From Spirochaetia bacterium (GTDB lineage Bacteria; Spirochaetota; Spirochaetia; SP-2023), in assembly GCA_965263295.1 (NCBI GenBank), contig OZ253665.1, positions 352,001 to 416,000 of the forward strand: a stretch of DNA of 64,000 nucleotides, written 5' to 3'. Each line of letters opens with the position of its first letter. The first letter of the stretch is position 1. Both the position numbers and the translations under genes were made by a program. The notes under the pieces are model-generated. The model was not told the origin of the DNA. It did not search any database and saw nothing but the letters and a program-made list of their open reading frames with translations. Below are positions 21,974-31,943 of the stretch, one piece after another.

Positions 21974-23248
21974 TCATACTTGCAGGCGCTGTAGTTTCTG
22001 CAACAGAGTCTGAGCCCAATTCGCTTCCCCAATTGTTTGGGCCTTTGGGACAACGGAATCTGAGTTCCAGAATTGTGGACTGTGATGCCACCATGAAAAG
22101 CGCAATGCGTTGCGCTGTCGTTCGGGATTTATGCCCATGGCTGCCAGTACTCTGCTGCCGGACTTGTCGTCTTGCGAACAGGCCGCGCCTCGGCCCGCCA
22201 CCAGTAGTTGGCGCAGGTTTAGTAGCGCTGATTCGGCGTCGATACCCGGTAGGCTGAGATTGGCGACGTGCGCCAAGGTTTTGTCCGGGTCGCCGTGTAG
22301 TTGCGGTTGCAGGGGGGCTAATAATTGCAGGAACTGTTTGCGAAATTCCTGATTGCGCGCTCGCCGCATTGTGCGCTGAGATTCACAGAGTTCCAATGCA
22401 TCGCGCAAGCTCAAAGCTAGGGCTAAAGGCAGGCTGCCCGGACGCAAGCCTTTGAGTTGGCCTTGCCCCTGTTGGCCCCCGCCGTGCCATAATGCTTGTA
22501 GCGGAGGAAACGAGTTCTGTCGTTGTATTCGCCGCGGACTATGGCGCGGTTTAAGTAGTAAAGCAGCGATGCCGCAAAGACCGTAAATCTTGTGTCCACT
22601 GATGCTTATCATGTCAATGCGCGGATGCTGGACAGTAGATTGGGGATAGATGGATGAGTCGATATGAGCTGCGCCCTGGCTGGCATCGACGTGCAAATAG
22701 GCATCGTGGCCATTGCGCAATAAAGTTTCGGCCAGCTCTGCTACGGGCTGTATTATGCCCGTTTCGTTGTTTACCTGCATACAGCAAATTAGCAGAGTCT
22801 CTGGCCTCAATTCCCGCATCGCGCTGGCTATATTAATTTGCCCACTGCTTTCTACAGGGGCCAGGCTCAATTCAAAACCATGATGACGCAGCAGATATTC
22901 GCAAGGCTGCAGCACGGAAGCATGCTCCAACTCGCTGGCAATAATATGCTTTTTCCCAGTGTCCAAACCTTGTGCAAGAAGCCCCAAAATAGCCATATTA
23001 TTGGCTTCAGTAGCACTGGCGCAAAAAAACACAGAATTTTCCACGCCGGTTGACCTCTCCATTGGAATACCCGCCCAACCGGCCAAATACTCGCGGGCCT
23101 CTTGCAGGGCCTTGCGTCCTCGTCGTGCGTGGCCGGCGCTACAATTGCCCCAATATTGGGGATCGGAAATGTAGGTTTGAAATTGGCGCAGGACTGCTGG
23201 CTCACAAGGTGTCGAACCGTTGCAGTCCAGGTAAAGTGGTAATTTCAC
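21974..23248 (-). CDS. Cysteine desulfurase, IscS/NifS family, DndA-like
   Basis: YLDCNGSTP, ATEANN, EHASV, VNNETG, HVDASQ, PLP-lysine motif SGHKIYG, catalytic Cys in GAACS, ALRFSW. Confidence 0.88.
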   Translation of the reverse strand: MKLPLYLDCNGSTPCEPAVLRQFQTYISDPQYWGNCSAGHARRGRKALQEAREYLAGWAGIPMERSTGVENSVFFCASATEANNMAILGLLAQGLDTGKKHIIASELEHASVLQPCEYLLRHHGFELSLAPVESSGQINIASAMRELRPETLLICCMQVNNETGIIQPVAELAETLLRNGHDAYLHVDASQGAAHIDSSIYPQSTVQHPRIDMISISGHKIYGLCGIAALLLKPRHSPRRIQRQNSFPPLQALWHGGGQQGQGQLKGLRPGSLPLALALSLRDALELCESQRTMRRARNQEFRKQFLQLLAPLQPQLHGDPDKTLAHVANLSLPGIDAESALLNLRQLLVAGRGAACSQDDKSGSRVLAAMGINPERQRNALRFSWWHHSPQFWNSDSVVPKAQTIGEANWAQTLLQKLQRLQV

Positions 23249-23294
23249 GGCGGCTTCTCTTTGAAAATGAATGATTCATGTGATGGATTGGGGG

Positions 23295-24068
23295 CTATGA
23301 ATCCGAATCGCTCAAGCGACTATGATGCCCAGAGATATTCTGTTTTTGCTGAGCTTCTGGCTGGGCATTGGTGCTGCTGGTGCTGCGCCGGCATACTTGT
23401 TGTGAGTGCCGCTGCAAAACGCGTTTCAGTCTGTGACGCAAGGCTTCTGCCTGATGTGTACGCCCCCAGTAGCGTTGCATCAACTTGCTTTCGCGGCTGT
23501 GTGAATATAGAAAATATTGCATTAGCTCTGGCGAAACGGGGATTCCTCGCCAGATAAAGGCGCGAATAAGGCGCATGCTATTGCCAAAGCCTAAGCTCAA
23601 GGTAGCCGGACGCTCGTGGTGCAGCAGAAGGATAAAGTCGTATACAGGCTGTCTGCGTTGGAGTTTTTCGACGAAGCGCAGCTGGCGGATGGAGGTATAT
23701 GGGCAGTGATTTAGGCGGAAGTCGAGACCGCTACGCCAGTAAAAACGTCGCCTGCTTAAGACCACCCTTACGGCAAAGGCATAGTAGGCTGTCAGAAGCA
23801 GAAGGAGCAGGCTAAAGCCGAGCAGCAATAGGCCATACAAGGCTTGACCTGAATTCGCAGTAGCGGCGGCCGCAGGGTTGAGATAGAAGGTTTTGGGGAA
23901 AAGCACCAGATTTAGCAGCCCCAATAATACCGGATAGATACACAACAGGCTGAGTAATTTGCCATGATTCGGAAGGTAGAAATATAAATTTTGCCCTTGT
24001 CTCTGAGCTTTGTTTGCTCGTTGTTGGGCTGGCGATTTTGCATCCCGATCCAGATTGTCCGGTCTCAT
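23295..24068 (-). CDS. Hypothetical membrane protein (two TM segments, basic C-terminal domain)
   Basis: Long ORF co-oriented between argF and the desulfurase with two hydrophobic stretches. Start moved to ATG 24068 to avoid overlapping argF. Confidence 0.6.
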   Translation of the reverse strand: MRPDNLDRDAKSPAQQRANKAQRQGQNLYFYLPNHGKLLSLLCIYPVLLGLLNLVLFPKTFYLNPAAAATANSGQALYGLLLLGFSLLLLLLTAYYAFAVRVVLSRRRFYWRSGLDFRLNHCPYTSIRQLRFVEKLQRRQPVYDFILLLHHERPATLSLGFGNSMRLIRAFIWRGIPVSPELMQYFLYSHSRESKLMQRYWGRTHQAEALRHRLKRVLQRHSQQVCRRSTSSTNAQPEAQQKQNISGHHSRLSDSDS

Positions 24069-24075
24069 GTTTTTC

Positions 24076-25023
24076 TTAACTGCAGTGTTGCAATAGCCAG
24101 ACCATGATGGCTTTCTGCACATGTAAGCGGTTCTCGGCCTCGTCAAATATGACGGACTGCGATCCATCCATCACCTCGTCTGTAACCTCCTGGCCGCGGC
24201 TGGCTGGCAAGCAGTGCATAAACAGGGCATCACTCTTGGCTTGCCGCATCAGTTCTTTGGTCACTGTGTAGTAGGGCGAAAACACGGCTTTGCGCAGCTC
24301 GTAGTCCGTTTGCCCCATGGATATCCAGGTGTCCGTGACGACCAAGTCGGCATTATATACGGCCTCAGCCAAACCGTTTTCGGGGTCCATGTGTTGGACC
24401 ATGCTGCCGTCCTTGCCGGCTTGTTTCTGTTTGTGGGCCCAGCGCTGCACTGTGCCGACAAGTTGGTATTCGAGTGGAGTGGCAATGGCCAAATCAAAAC
24501 CGAAGAGGAAGGCTGCGTGTACGAAGGTATTGGCCATATTGTTCGCATCGCCGACCCAAGCTATTTTTTTACCACGGATGGCCCCTCGGTGTTCCATGTA
24601 GGTAAAGATATCAGCCAGCACCTGACAGGGGTGATTGTAGTCTGTCAATCCGTTGATTACCGGGATATCAGAGTGACGGGCAAGCTCCACCAAGTCGTCG
24701 TGGCTGTTGGCGCGCATCATGATCATATCTACAAAACGTGACATAACTTTGGCTGAGTCGTGTAAATTTTCTTTGCTGCCAATGTGGCTCCGGGAACTGT
24801 CGATGACCAGGCTGTGGCCTCCAAGCTGCTCGACGCCAACTTCAAACGACATGCGTGTGCGTGTGGAGCTCTTTTCAAAGATGAGGGCAATGTGTTTCTG
24901 CTCCAGACGGTTTTGCCAGGGCCTGGCCTTCAATTCGGCCGCCAGGGCCAGGATTTCTTCGACTTCCGTCCGATTGAAGTCACGCAAGTCAATAAAGTGG
25001 CGCAGTTTCATATCGCTCTCCAT
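24076..25023 (-). CDS. argF: Ornithine carbamoyltransferase
   Basis: FEKSSTRTR, NGLTDYNHPCQ, TDTWISMG, FMHCLP, DEAENRLH. Confidence 0.96.
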   Translation of the reverse strand: MESDMKLRHFIDLRDFNRTEVEEILALAAELKARPWQNRLEQKHIALIFEKSSTRTRMSFEVGVEQLGGHSLVIDSSRSHIGSKENLHDSAKVMSRFVDMIMMRANSHDDLVELARHSDIPVINGLTDYNHPCQVLADIFTYMEHRGAIRGKKIAWVGDANNMANTFVHAAFLFGFDLAIATPLEYQLVGTVQRWAHKQKQAGKDGSMVQHMDPENGLAEAVYNADLVVTDTWISMGQTDYELRKAVFSPYYTVTKELMRQAKSDALFMHCLPASRGQEVTDEVMDGSQSVIFDEAENRLHVQKAIMVWLLQHCS

Positions 25024-25193
25024 CCTTGGGGATTTTTATTTTGGAAATTTTATTTGGGGAATTTTGCCTGATTCGGAATCGGTTTGTCTTTCCTGTTTCA
25101 CTCTATAGGGCTAAACGAGTTAGATCAAGATCTTGCCGCTTTTCACCTAAAATAGCAAGTTCTGCCAATTTTGTCTTGCCATTAGCTGTGTTT

Positions 25194-25937
25194 TTAGTCC
25201 TGTCCTTGGTTCTGTCCTTGGTTCTGTTTTGGGCCCTGGTAGCCTTTGCACAAGAAGTAAATTTCACATGATTGACTGCGCACGGCCTGGGGTTTCAGGC
25301 GCTGGCAAAGACGGAATATATTTCGCAGTTCTCTTTGTAAGTCTTGCTCTCCGCCGCCTTGAAACAGCTTGAACAGCAAATTACCCTCTGGTTTAAGGAA
25401 ACGTGGCAGCACAGCCAATACTTCTTGTAACAGAGCTTCCGAGCGGCCGGTATCCACGGTGCGGTTGCCTGTGGTGCGGGGAGCCATATCGCTGAGGACA
25501 AGGTCAAAGAGGCCGTGCTGTTGCAATTGGGACAAAATTAACTGTTGTATTGCCGGGCTGGTGAAGTCGGCTTGATAGAAAGTCAGATTGGCTGCCCGCT
25601 GCAGTTCTGGCCCCAGTCCCTGTAGGTCCACGGCGCAGAGCCAGGGGCTAACGTTGCCGTTTTTATAGCTTGAGCCGGCGCAAATGCGCTGTAATACATA
25701 GCGACTCCAGCTGCCGGGAGCTGCACCTAAATCAATGACCCGCATGCCGGGATGTAATAACTTGTGTCGCTGGTCGATTTCGCTCAGCTTGAATACCGAA
25801 CGGGCTGTGTAGCCATCTTTCATGGCTTGATCGGTATAGCTGTCATGTACATAGTTGCGGTTCTTGGGCCTTGTCGTTTTTTTGCGCGGGGGGATGTTTT
25901 GAGCTTGCAGACGTGAGTTGTGTTTATGCTTTTTCAT
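25194..25937 (-). CDS. rlmE: 23S rRNA U2552 2'-O-methyltransferase RlmE/FtsJ
   Basis: ARSVFKL, DLGAAPGSW, VLSDMAPRTTG, KLFQG, KPQAVRSQSCEIY. Confidence 0.93.
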   Translation of the reverse strand: MKKHKHNSRLQAQNIPPRKKTTRPKNRNYVHDSYTDQAMKDGYTARSVFKLSEIDQRHKLLHPGMRVIDLGAAPGSWSRYVLQRICAGSSYKNGNVSPWLCAVDLQGLGPELQRAANLTFYQADFTSPAIQQLILSQLQQHGLFDLVLSDMAPRTTGNRTVDTGRSEALLQEVLAVLPRFLKPEGNLLFKLFQGGGEQDLQRELRNIFRLCQRLKPQAVRSQSCEIYFLCKGYQGPKQNQGQNQGQD

Positions 25938-25974
25938 CGGATTGGTCAGAGAGTCTGGGTGATGGCGAGGGCCT

Positions 25975-26802
25975 TCAATCCATTGGACGGAAAGGATTCA
26001 AGAAATTATCCCACTCTTCATCGTAATCTAATTCGTCTTGCCAGCCTTCATCTCCTGGCAGTTCTTCCAAGATTTTGTGTTTGCCTTGTTGTTGAATTTG
26101 GGCTCTCTCTTTGGCGTCCTGTTCGCGAAGCTGTTGAAGTTGGGTCATTAAATTCTGATAGACTTCGGGATAACTTTGTTCCCAGTAATCTGCGGTCTGA
26201 GGGCTCGCTCGCTCGGCCAGTAGACTCAATACTGTAGCGATATGTCGCAGGATTGGTTTGCAGTCTTCAGTCGGAAATAGCAATACATGAACAATGCCAC
26301 TGCTTACCTGGGTGAGCAACAAGTCGACCGTTTCATTGTGGTTGTCGCAGCTTAGCTGCTTTTCTCCTTCAGCTTCAATTATCAACTGGACGAGCATATT
26401 TTTGAGTGGCCTGGTGCGTTTATGTATTAGCTCGCCAAGAGAGCGCCCTTCCTTGTCAAGTTTTAATATGAAAGCACTCTGGCTGACCAGTTCGCGGCGT
26501 TTTTCCCGACAAGAGATGACTATATGGCTTAGAATAAAACGAAGTCTGTGAATCGCCGCCAGCTCTTTGAGCTGGACTACTTTTTCATAATAGACTAAAA
26601 ATTCATCTGTAAATTGTTTGGATGCAAAAAATAGAATCTGATGTTTATTGCGGAAGTACTGGTACAAGGTTGGCCGCGCAATATGCGCGGCCTTGGCTAT
26701 ATCGGCTAGAGTGGTGGCTTGATAGCCTTGGGAAGAAAACAGCTCCAAGGCCTCTCGCAAAATTTCTTTCTTGCGTTGCTCATGGTCAATTTTCTTGGGC
26801 AT
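25975..26802 (-). CDS. TetR/AcrR family transcriptional regulator
   Basis: N-terminal HTH ILREALELFSSQGYQATTLADIAKAAHIARPTLYQYFRNK. Confidence 0.9.
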   Translation of the reverse strand: MPKKIDHEQRKKEILREALELFSSQGYQATTLADIAKAAHIARPTLYQYFRNKHQILFFASKQFTDEFLVYYEKVVQLKELAAIHRLRFILSHIVISCREKRRELVSQSAFILKLDKEGRSLGELIHKRTRPLKNMLVQLIIEAEGEKQLSCDNHNETVDLLLTQVSSGIVHVLLFPTEDCKPILRHIATVLSLLAERASPQTADYWEQSYPEVYQNLMTQLQQLREQDAKERAQIQQQGKHKILEELPGDEGWQDELDYDEEWDNFLNPFRPMD

Positions 26803-26843
26803 GACTGAAAGAACCCATCATAAAAATCGCGATGTTAAACCGC

Positions 26844-28031
26844 TTAAAGTTCGGGCATGACTGCGGGATCGACGTCAGCCTCATAGTCTATACCTGCAAT
26901 ACCAAAACCGTGAATGTGTAAGTAGCTTTCTCGAAAGCCAGCAATATCAGAGATCTCGGCCAAATTTTCGCTATTGACTTCAGACCAGAGCTTTGCCACT
27001 TCAGCTTGCACGTCATCGCGCATTTCCCAGTCGTCGATGCGGATACGGCCTTTTTCGTCCAGCTGCAAGCTATCGCCGTAGAGGCGACCGGCAAAGAGGC
27101 GATACATTTGCTCAATGCACTCTTCGTGAATTCCTTTGGCTTTCATCACTTTGTATAGCAGGGCCACATACAGAGGTACCACCGGAATTACGGATGAAGC
27201 TCGCGTAACGAGAGCTTTATTAACTGAGACATAGGCTTTGCCCCCAATAGTTGCCAGGCTCTGGCTGAGCTGGGCAGCGGTTTTTTCTAAGTCTGCCTTG
27301 GCTGCGCCAATTGTGCCGTTCCAGTAGATCGGGTAAGTTAGTTCTGGACCGATGTAAGAGTAGGCTACGGTCTGGGCTCCTGGGGCCAAGAGTCTGGCTT
27401 CCTGTAAAGCATGGAGCCACATCGCCCAGTCTTCGCCGCCCATGACTTTGATCGTGGCTTGCCGTTCTCGCTCAGTTGCCGGCTCTATTTTGATCGCAGA
27501 AACCTTGGCGCTCATAAAGTCCACGCTCTGGTTCTCAAAGGGCTGACCGATGGGCTTCAGTACGGAGCGGTAGGTCTCGCCCGTCTCAGGGTCGGTGCGA
27601 ACTGGCGAAGCGAGGCTGTAGACTACCATGTCAAAACCTGCGGGGCAAAGTCGTTTGGCCGCTGCGAGAACTTCTTGTTTCGTTTCGTTAGAAAATGCGT
27701 CACCGTTAATACTTTGGCTCTTCAGTCCGGCTTTGCTTGCCGCCGCATCAAAGGCGGCGGTGCTGTAGTGCCCCGGCGTCCCCGGACGCTTGGCTGATGC
27801 CTCTTTTTCAAAGGCCACACCGATTGTTGTGGCTTTGCCTCCAAATGCCAGGACAATGCGTGAGGCCAGGCCAAAGCCGGCTGAACTACCGATAATCAGG
27901 GCGTTTTTGGGGCCGTTGGGAATCGGTTTCTGGGCCTTTACGTAGTCGATTTGGCGTTTGACGGTGGCGACCACGCCGGCAGGGTGGGTCGTAATACATA
28001 CGTTGTTTAAAATCTTTGGTTCCAGTTTCAT
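26844..28031 (-). CDS. fabV: Enoyl-ACP/trans-2-enoyl-CoA reductase FabV (Ter)
   Basis: GSSAGFGLASRI, INGDAFS, YSLASPVR, VMGGEDW, YSYIGPELTYPIYWNGTIGAAK, HEECIEQ, RIDDWE. Confidence 0.95.
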   Translation of the reverse strand: MKLEPKILNNVCITTHPAGVVATVKRQIDYVKAQKPIPNGPKNALIIGSSAGFGLASRIVLAFGGKATTIGVAFEKEASAKRPGTPGHYSTAAFDAAASKAGLKSQSINGDAFSNETKQEVLAAAKRLCPAGFDMVVYSLASPVRTDPETGETYRSVLKPIGQPFENQSVDFMSAKVSAIKIEPATERERQATIKVMGGEDWAMWLHALQEARLLAPGAQTVAYSYIGPELTYPIYWNGTIGAAKADLEKTAAQLSQSLATIGGKAYVSVNKALVTRASSVIPVVPLYVALLYKVMKAKGIHEECIEQMYRLFAGRLYGDSLQLDEKGRIRIDDWEMRDDVQAEVAKLWSEVNSENLAEISDIAGFRESYLHIHGFGIAGIDYEADVDPAVMPEL

Positions 28032-28098
28032 TTTATATTCCTCAAATATATGCGAAGATGATCTGTTGTATTTGAGACAGCGTCTCTGTTATTTAATG

Positions 28099-28530
28099 TT
28101 ATTCGGTATGGGCCCGGCCGACAATGCATTTCCATGAGGCTTCAGCGGCGACTTCGTCTCCGAGCATGGCCTTGCCAGACTGCACAATCATTTTGCTGCC
28201 GACGCGCTCGTTGGCAATTTCGAACCGTACCGTGTCTCCTGGGACGACCGGCTTGCGGAACTTGGCTTTGTCAATGCTGGCGAGGAAAAACAGACTGTCG
28301 CCGCCCAAGAGACCAGCCTTGCGCAAGCCGGCCCCGCCGCACTGGGCCATTGCTTCAATTAGCAGGACGCCAGGGACTACGGGATGTCCGGGAAAATGGC
28401 CAGCAAAGAAGGCGTCACGCTCTTTACTGTAGCTGCGTATGCCTATAATTTTTTCTTCATTGCTTTCTTGCAGCCGATCGACAAACAAAAACGGCTCGCG
28501 GTGGGGGAGCAGATTTTCTACTTCGGACAT
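28099..28530 (-). CDS. fabZ: 3-hydroxyacyl-ACP dehydratase
   Basis: LPHREPFLFVD, FAGHFPGHPVVPGVLLIEAMAQ, KFRKPVVPGD. Confidence 0.95.
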   Translation of the reverse strand: MSEVENLLPHREPFLFVDRLQESNEEKIIGIRSYSKERDAFFAGHFPGHPVVPGVLLIEAMAQCGGAGLRKAGLLGGDSLFFLASIDKAKFRKPVVPGDTVRFEIANERVGSKMIVQSGKAMLGDEVAAEASWKCIVGRAHTE

Positions 28531-28542
28531 GAAGACCTCCTT

Positions 28543-29790
28543 TTATTCCGTGAAGCGCTTGACGACCAGACAGCCATTGTGCCCACCGAAGCCCAGTGAA
28601 GTTGAAATTGCAATTTCTACTGGGTGTTCCTGACCCTTGTTGGGGACAAAATCCAGGTCGCATTGTGGATCTGGATTTTCCAGGTTGATGGTCGGAGGCA
28701 CAAACTGATCGCGAATGGCACTGACACATGCCATCAGCTCAATGGCGCCGGCAGCGCCGATCATGTGCCCAGTCATTGACTTGGTGGATGACACTTTGAG
28801 CTTGTCGGCATGTGGCCCAAAGGCCAAACGAATGGCGCGGGTTTCGGTGGGATCATTAATTGGGGTGGAGGTGCCATGGGCATTGACGTAGTCAATTTCT
28901 TCGGGTCGGACACCCGCCATTTTCAGGGCCTTTTGAATGGCCTTGGCCGTGTAGGAACCATCTTCTTTGGGCGCGGTCAGGTGATAGGCATCACAGGTAA
29001 TGCCGTAGCCCAGCAGTTCGGCATAAATCGGCGCGCCGCGCTTCCGGGCATTTTCCAAAGTTTCTAGGATGAGTACGGCAGCACCCTCGGCCATGACAAA
29101 ACCGTCGCGGTCACGATCAAATGGCCGACTGGCGAGATGGGGCCTGTCGTTAAAGCCTGTACTTAAAGTCTGCAGTTTGGTAAAAGCGGCGATACCCAAT
29201 TCCGTCAGAGCTGATTCGGCCCCGCCAACTACTGCCGCTTGAATTTGACCAGACTTGATCGCATACATGGCTTGCCCGATGGCGTCTGTACCTGAGGCGC
29301 AGGCTGTGACCACGCCGTAATTGGGACCGTGAAAGCCATACATGGTTGCCAGAGTGCTGGAACCTTCATTGATAATCAATTTGGGAATGGACAGAGGCGG
29401 CACGCCGGCGGGGCCTTTGCGCTCCAACATGCGGGCGGCTTCTTCCATGACTTCAAAGCCTCCGACGCCATTGCCGATGATTACGGCAATCTCGTCATCT
29501 GGATAGAAATTCTGCTTGACCAGGGCGGCGCCTTCAATGGCCTGAGCCCCCGCGTTACAAAAAAACTCAGTAAAACGGGCCATTTTGCGGATTGCTTTTT
29601 TGTCGAAATACTTGCTGCTGTCGAGGTCAAGTACTTCTGCGGCTACTTTGGAGGAAAATAACTGTGGGTTGCAGCGGGTCAGTGGCCGCGTCCCGCTGAC
29701 ACCATTCTTCATGTTTTGCCAAGTTTCTTCCCAAGTGTGGCCGATGGGACTGACGGCGCCCATTGCGGTGATAACGATACGTGAATTCAT
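28543..29790 (-). CDS. fabF: Beta-ketoacyl-ACP synthase II
   Basis: Cys-His-His triad in TACASG, NAHGTST and KSMTGHMIGAAG. Also SRPFDRDRDGFVMAEG and GFGGHN. Confidence 0.95.
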   Translation of the reverse strand: MNSRIVITAMGAVSPIGHTWEETWQNMKNGVSGTRPLTRCNPQLFSSKVAAEVLDLDSSKYFDKKAIRKMARFTEFFCNAGAQAIEGAALVKQNFYPDDEIAVIIGNGVGGFEVMEEAARMLERKGPAGVPPLSIPKLIINEGSSTLATMYGFHGPNYGVVTACASGTDAIGQAMYAIKSGQIQAAVVGGAESALTELGIAAFTKLQTLSTGFNDRPHLASRPFDRDRDGFVMAEGAAVLILETLENARKRGAPIYAELLGYGITCDAYHLTAPKEDGSYTAKAIQKALKMAGVRPEEIDYVNAHGTSTPINDPTETRAIRLAFGPHADKLKVSSTKSMTGHMIGAAGAIELMACVSAIRDQFVPPTINLENPDPQCDLDFVPNKGQEHPVEIAISTSLGFGGHNGCLVVKRFTE

Positions 29791-29813
29791 AAAACCTCCG
29801 TGAATTCGCTTGC

Positions 29814-30584
29814 TTATATGGCCATGCCGCCATCGACAGGAATGACTTGCCCCGTCACATAGCTCGCTAGGTCGCTGGCTAAAAATAATACAATCCGGCT
29901 AACTTCTTCGGGCTGGCCCATTCGACCGAGTGGGATTTGCCCGAGAACTCCCGCGCGTTGCTTGTCGTTAAGTTTTTCTGTCATTGGGGTTGCGATAAAA
30001 CCTGGAGCGATGGCATTGACTCGCACACCGCGGCTGGCGAGTTCGCGCGCCACACTTTTGGTAAAACCGATCAAACCCGCTTTGGAAGCAGCGTAGTTAG
30101 CTTGTCCAGCGTTGCCAATCATACCGACGATTGAACTCATGTTGATGATGCAACCACTCTTTTTGAGCGCCATTGGGCGCGAGAGAGCTCGCGTCATGTA
30201 GAAGACACTGCTCAGGTTGACGTCGATAACGTCCTGCCATTGTTTGGTTTTCATGGCCAAAAGCAGGCCATCTCGGGTAATTCCAGCATTGTTGACCAGT
30301 ATGTCGATATGGCCCAATTGATCGGCGATCTGCTTGAGCAGTTCGCTCACTGTAGCTTCGTCGGCAACATTGCCTTCCAGGCCCTGCAGATGGACGTCAC
30401 TCTGCAGGGCGAGTTGTTCCATTTCGCTGTGTTCGGGGGAAAGGGAGTTGCTGATGTAAGCCACGTCAGCTCCTGCCTGCAGTAGCGTCTTGACGATATC
30501 TTTGCCGATGCCACGGCCACCGCCAGTTACCAGGGCCTTCTTGCCCTCTAAGGAGATTAAGTTACTTATTTTTTGATTTGGCAT
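29814..30584 (-). CDS. fabG: 3-oxoacyl-ACP reductase
   Basis: TGGGRGIG, NNAGITRD, GQANYAASK, NAIAPGFI, VDGGM. Confidence 0.95.
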   Translation of the reverse strand: MPNQKISNLISLEGKKALVTGGGRGIGKDIVKTLLQAGADVAYISNSLSPEHSEMEQLALQSDVHLQGLEGNVADEATVSELLKQIADQLGHIDILVNNAGITRDGLLLAMKTKQWQDVIDVNLSSVFYMTRALSRPMALKKSGCIINMSSIVGMIGNAGQANYAASKAGLIGFTKSVARELASRGVRVNAIAPGFIATPMTEKLNDKQRAGVLGQIPLGRMGQPEEVSRIVLFLASDLASYVTGQVIPVDGGMAI

Positions 30585-30623
30585 ATTTACCTCATAATCT
30601 TTTTAGATTTATATAAACAAAAA

Positions 30624-31622
30624 TTACCAGCGGATCAAGTTGCCCCCATACGTCAGGCCAGAACCGAAGCCGACACACAGGACCAGATCGCCTTTCTTCA
30701 GCATGTTTTCTTCCTGCATTTTGCAGAGCGCGATCGGAATTGAAGCGGAAGATGTATTGGCGTAAGACGCAATATTTAGGTAAAAGCGCTCCAGGGGGAT
30801 ATTTTCTCGTTTGGCTACAGCCTGGATTATGCGTTTGTTGGCTTGATGTGGCACAATGTGGGCAATGTCATCTATGGACAGATTGTTGCGCTTCAGCAGG
30901 GCATTGATGATTTCTTGGTTGGCTCCGACGGCAAAGTTGTAGACAGCGCGACCATCCATTTCGAGTTTGTTGCGGATCTTTGCCTGCCCTGGCTGGACGG
31001 GGCTGCGGCTCCCGCCATCGGGGACTTGCAGGGCCGAATTTCCTTTGCCGTCGGCACGCAGGACAGAGTCGAGAATTGTGCCGCCTTCTGTCGCCGTCGA
31101 ACTCAATGTTGCGGCGCCAGCGCCGTCGCCGAGCAAAACCGCCGTGGAGCGGTCGCCCCAATTGGTGACGGCAGAAAGTTTTTCGGCAGCTATGACGAGG
31201 GCATGGCGGCAGGAGCGATCGCCGAGCAGCATGGCTTTGGCAATTTGTAGACCGTAAACAAAACCGGAACAGGCGGCCATGACATCAAAGGCGGCGGCTT
31301 TGCCGCAGTTAAGTTGTTCTTGCACCACACACGCCGTCGAAGGGAAGCCGTAGTAATCTGGCGCCGAGCTCGAAAGTATGATCAAGTCAATCTCGTCAGC
31401 CGATAAATTTGCCCGTTTTAAGGCCTTTTGGGCGGCTAGGGTGCCAAGGTCGGAAGACGCTTGTTCATCGGTGGCGATATGACGCTGCCGGATGCCGGTA
31501 TGTGAGACGATCCATTCGTCAGAAGTATCGATGTGCCGACTTAGCTCTTCATTACTGATCGTGCGCTCCGGGACGTAATAATCGACAGCTGTGATACGGA
31601 TGCTTTGGTCTAACGATGACAT
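30624..31622 (-). CDS. fabH: Beta-ketoacyl-ACP synthase III (downstream copy)
   Basis: DTSDEWIVSHTGI, AACSGF, PHQAN, NTSSASIP, GFGSGLT. Start at ATG 31622 after AAGGAGA. Confidence 0.93.
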   Translation of the reverse strand: MSSLDQSIRITAVDYYVPERTISNEELSRHIDTSDEWIVSHTGIRQRHIATDEQASSDLGTLAAQKALKRANLSADEIDLIILSSSAPDYYGFPSTACVVQEQLNCGKAAAFDVMAACSGFVYGLQIAKAMLLGDRSCRHALVIAAEKLSAVTNWGDRSTAVLLGDGAGAATLSSTATEGGTILDSVLRADGKGNSALQVPDGGSRSPVQPGQAKIRNKLEMDGRAVYNFAVGANQEIINALLKRNNLSIDDIAHIVPHQANKRIIQAVAKRENIPLERFYLNIASYANTSSASIPIALCKMQEENMLKKGDLVLCVGFGSGLTYGGNLIRW

Positions 31623-31943
31623 AAATAATCTCCTTATTTCTGTCGGGCTGTCCAGTTTAGCCAAAGGCAGATATGTACAGCCGTTTCCTTGCAATCGTTA
31701 TTTTGTGCCCACATGCTCTGAGCGGCTCTCTAGCGCTTGATACGCTGAGTATACAAAAGCGATGAATAATACAAAATTGATCCTATGCCTCTCAATTCCC
31801 CAGATATTAACGGTTTTATTTGGAGAAAGTCAATAATGACGTTTCCTGTAATTCCGTCAAATAAAATAACGTATTTTTTAGGGCAGGTCTACTGTGACCT
31901 GTGATTTTCTGGGACTCGTGATTTTCTGGTCCTGGCTTGTTCG

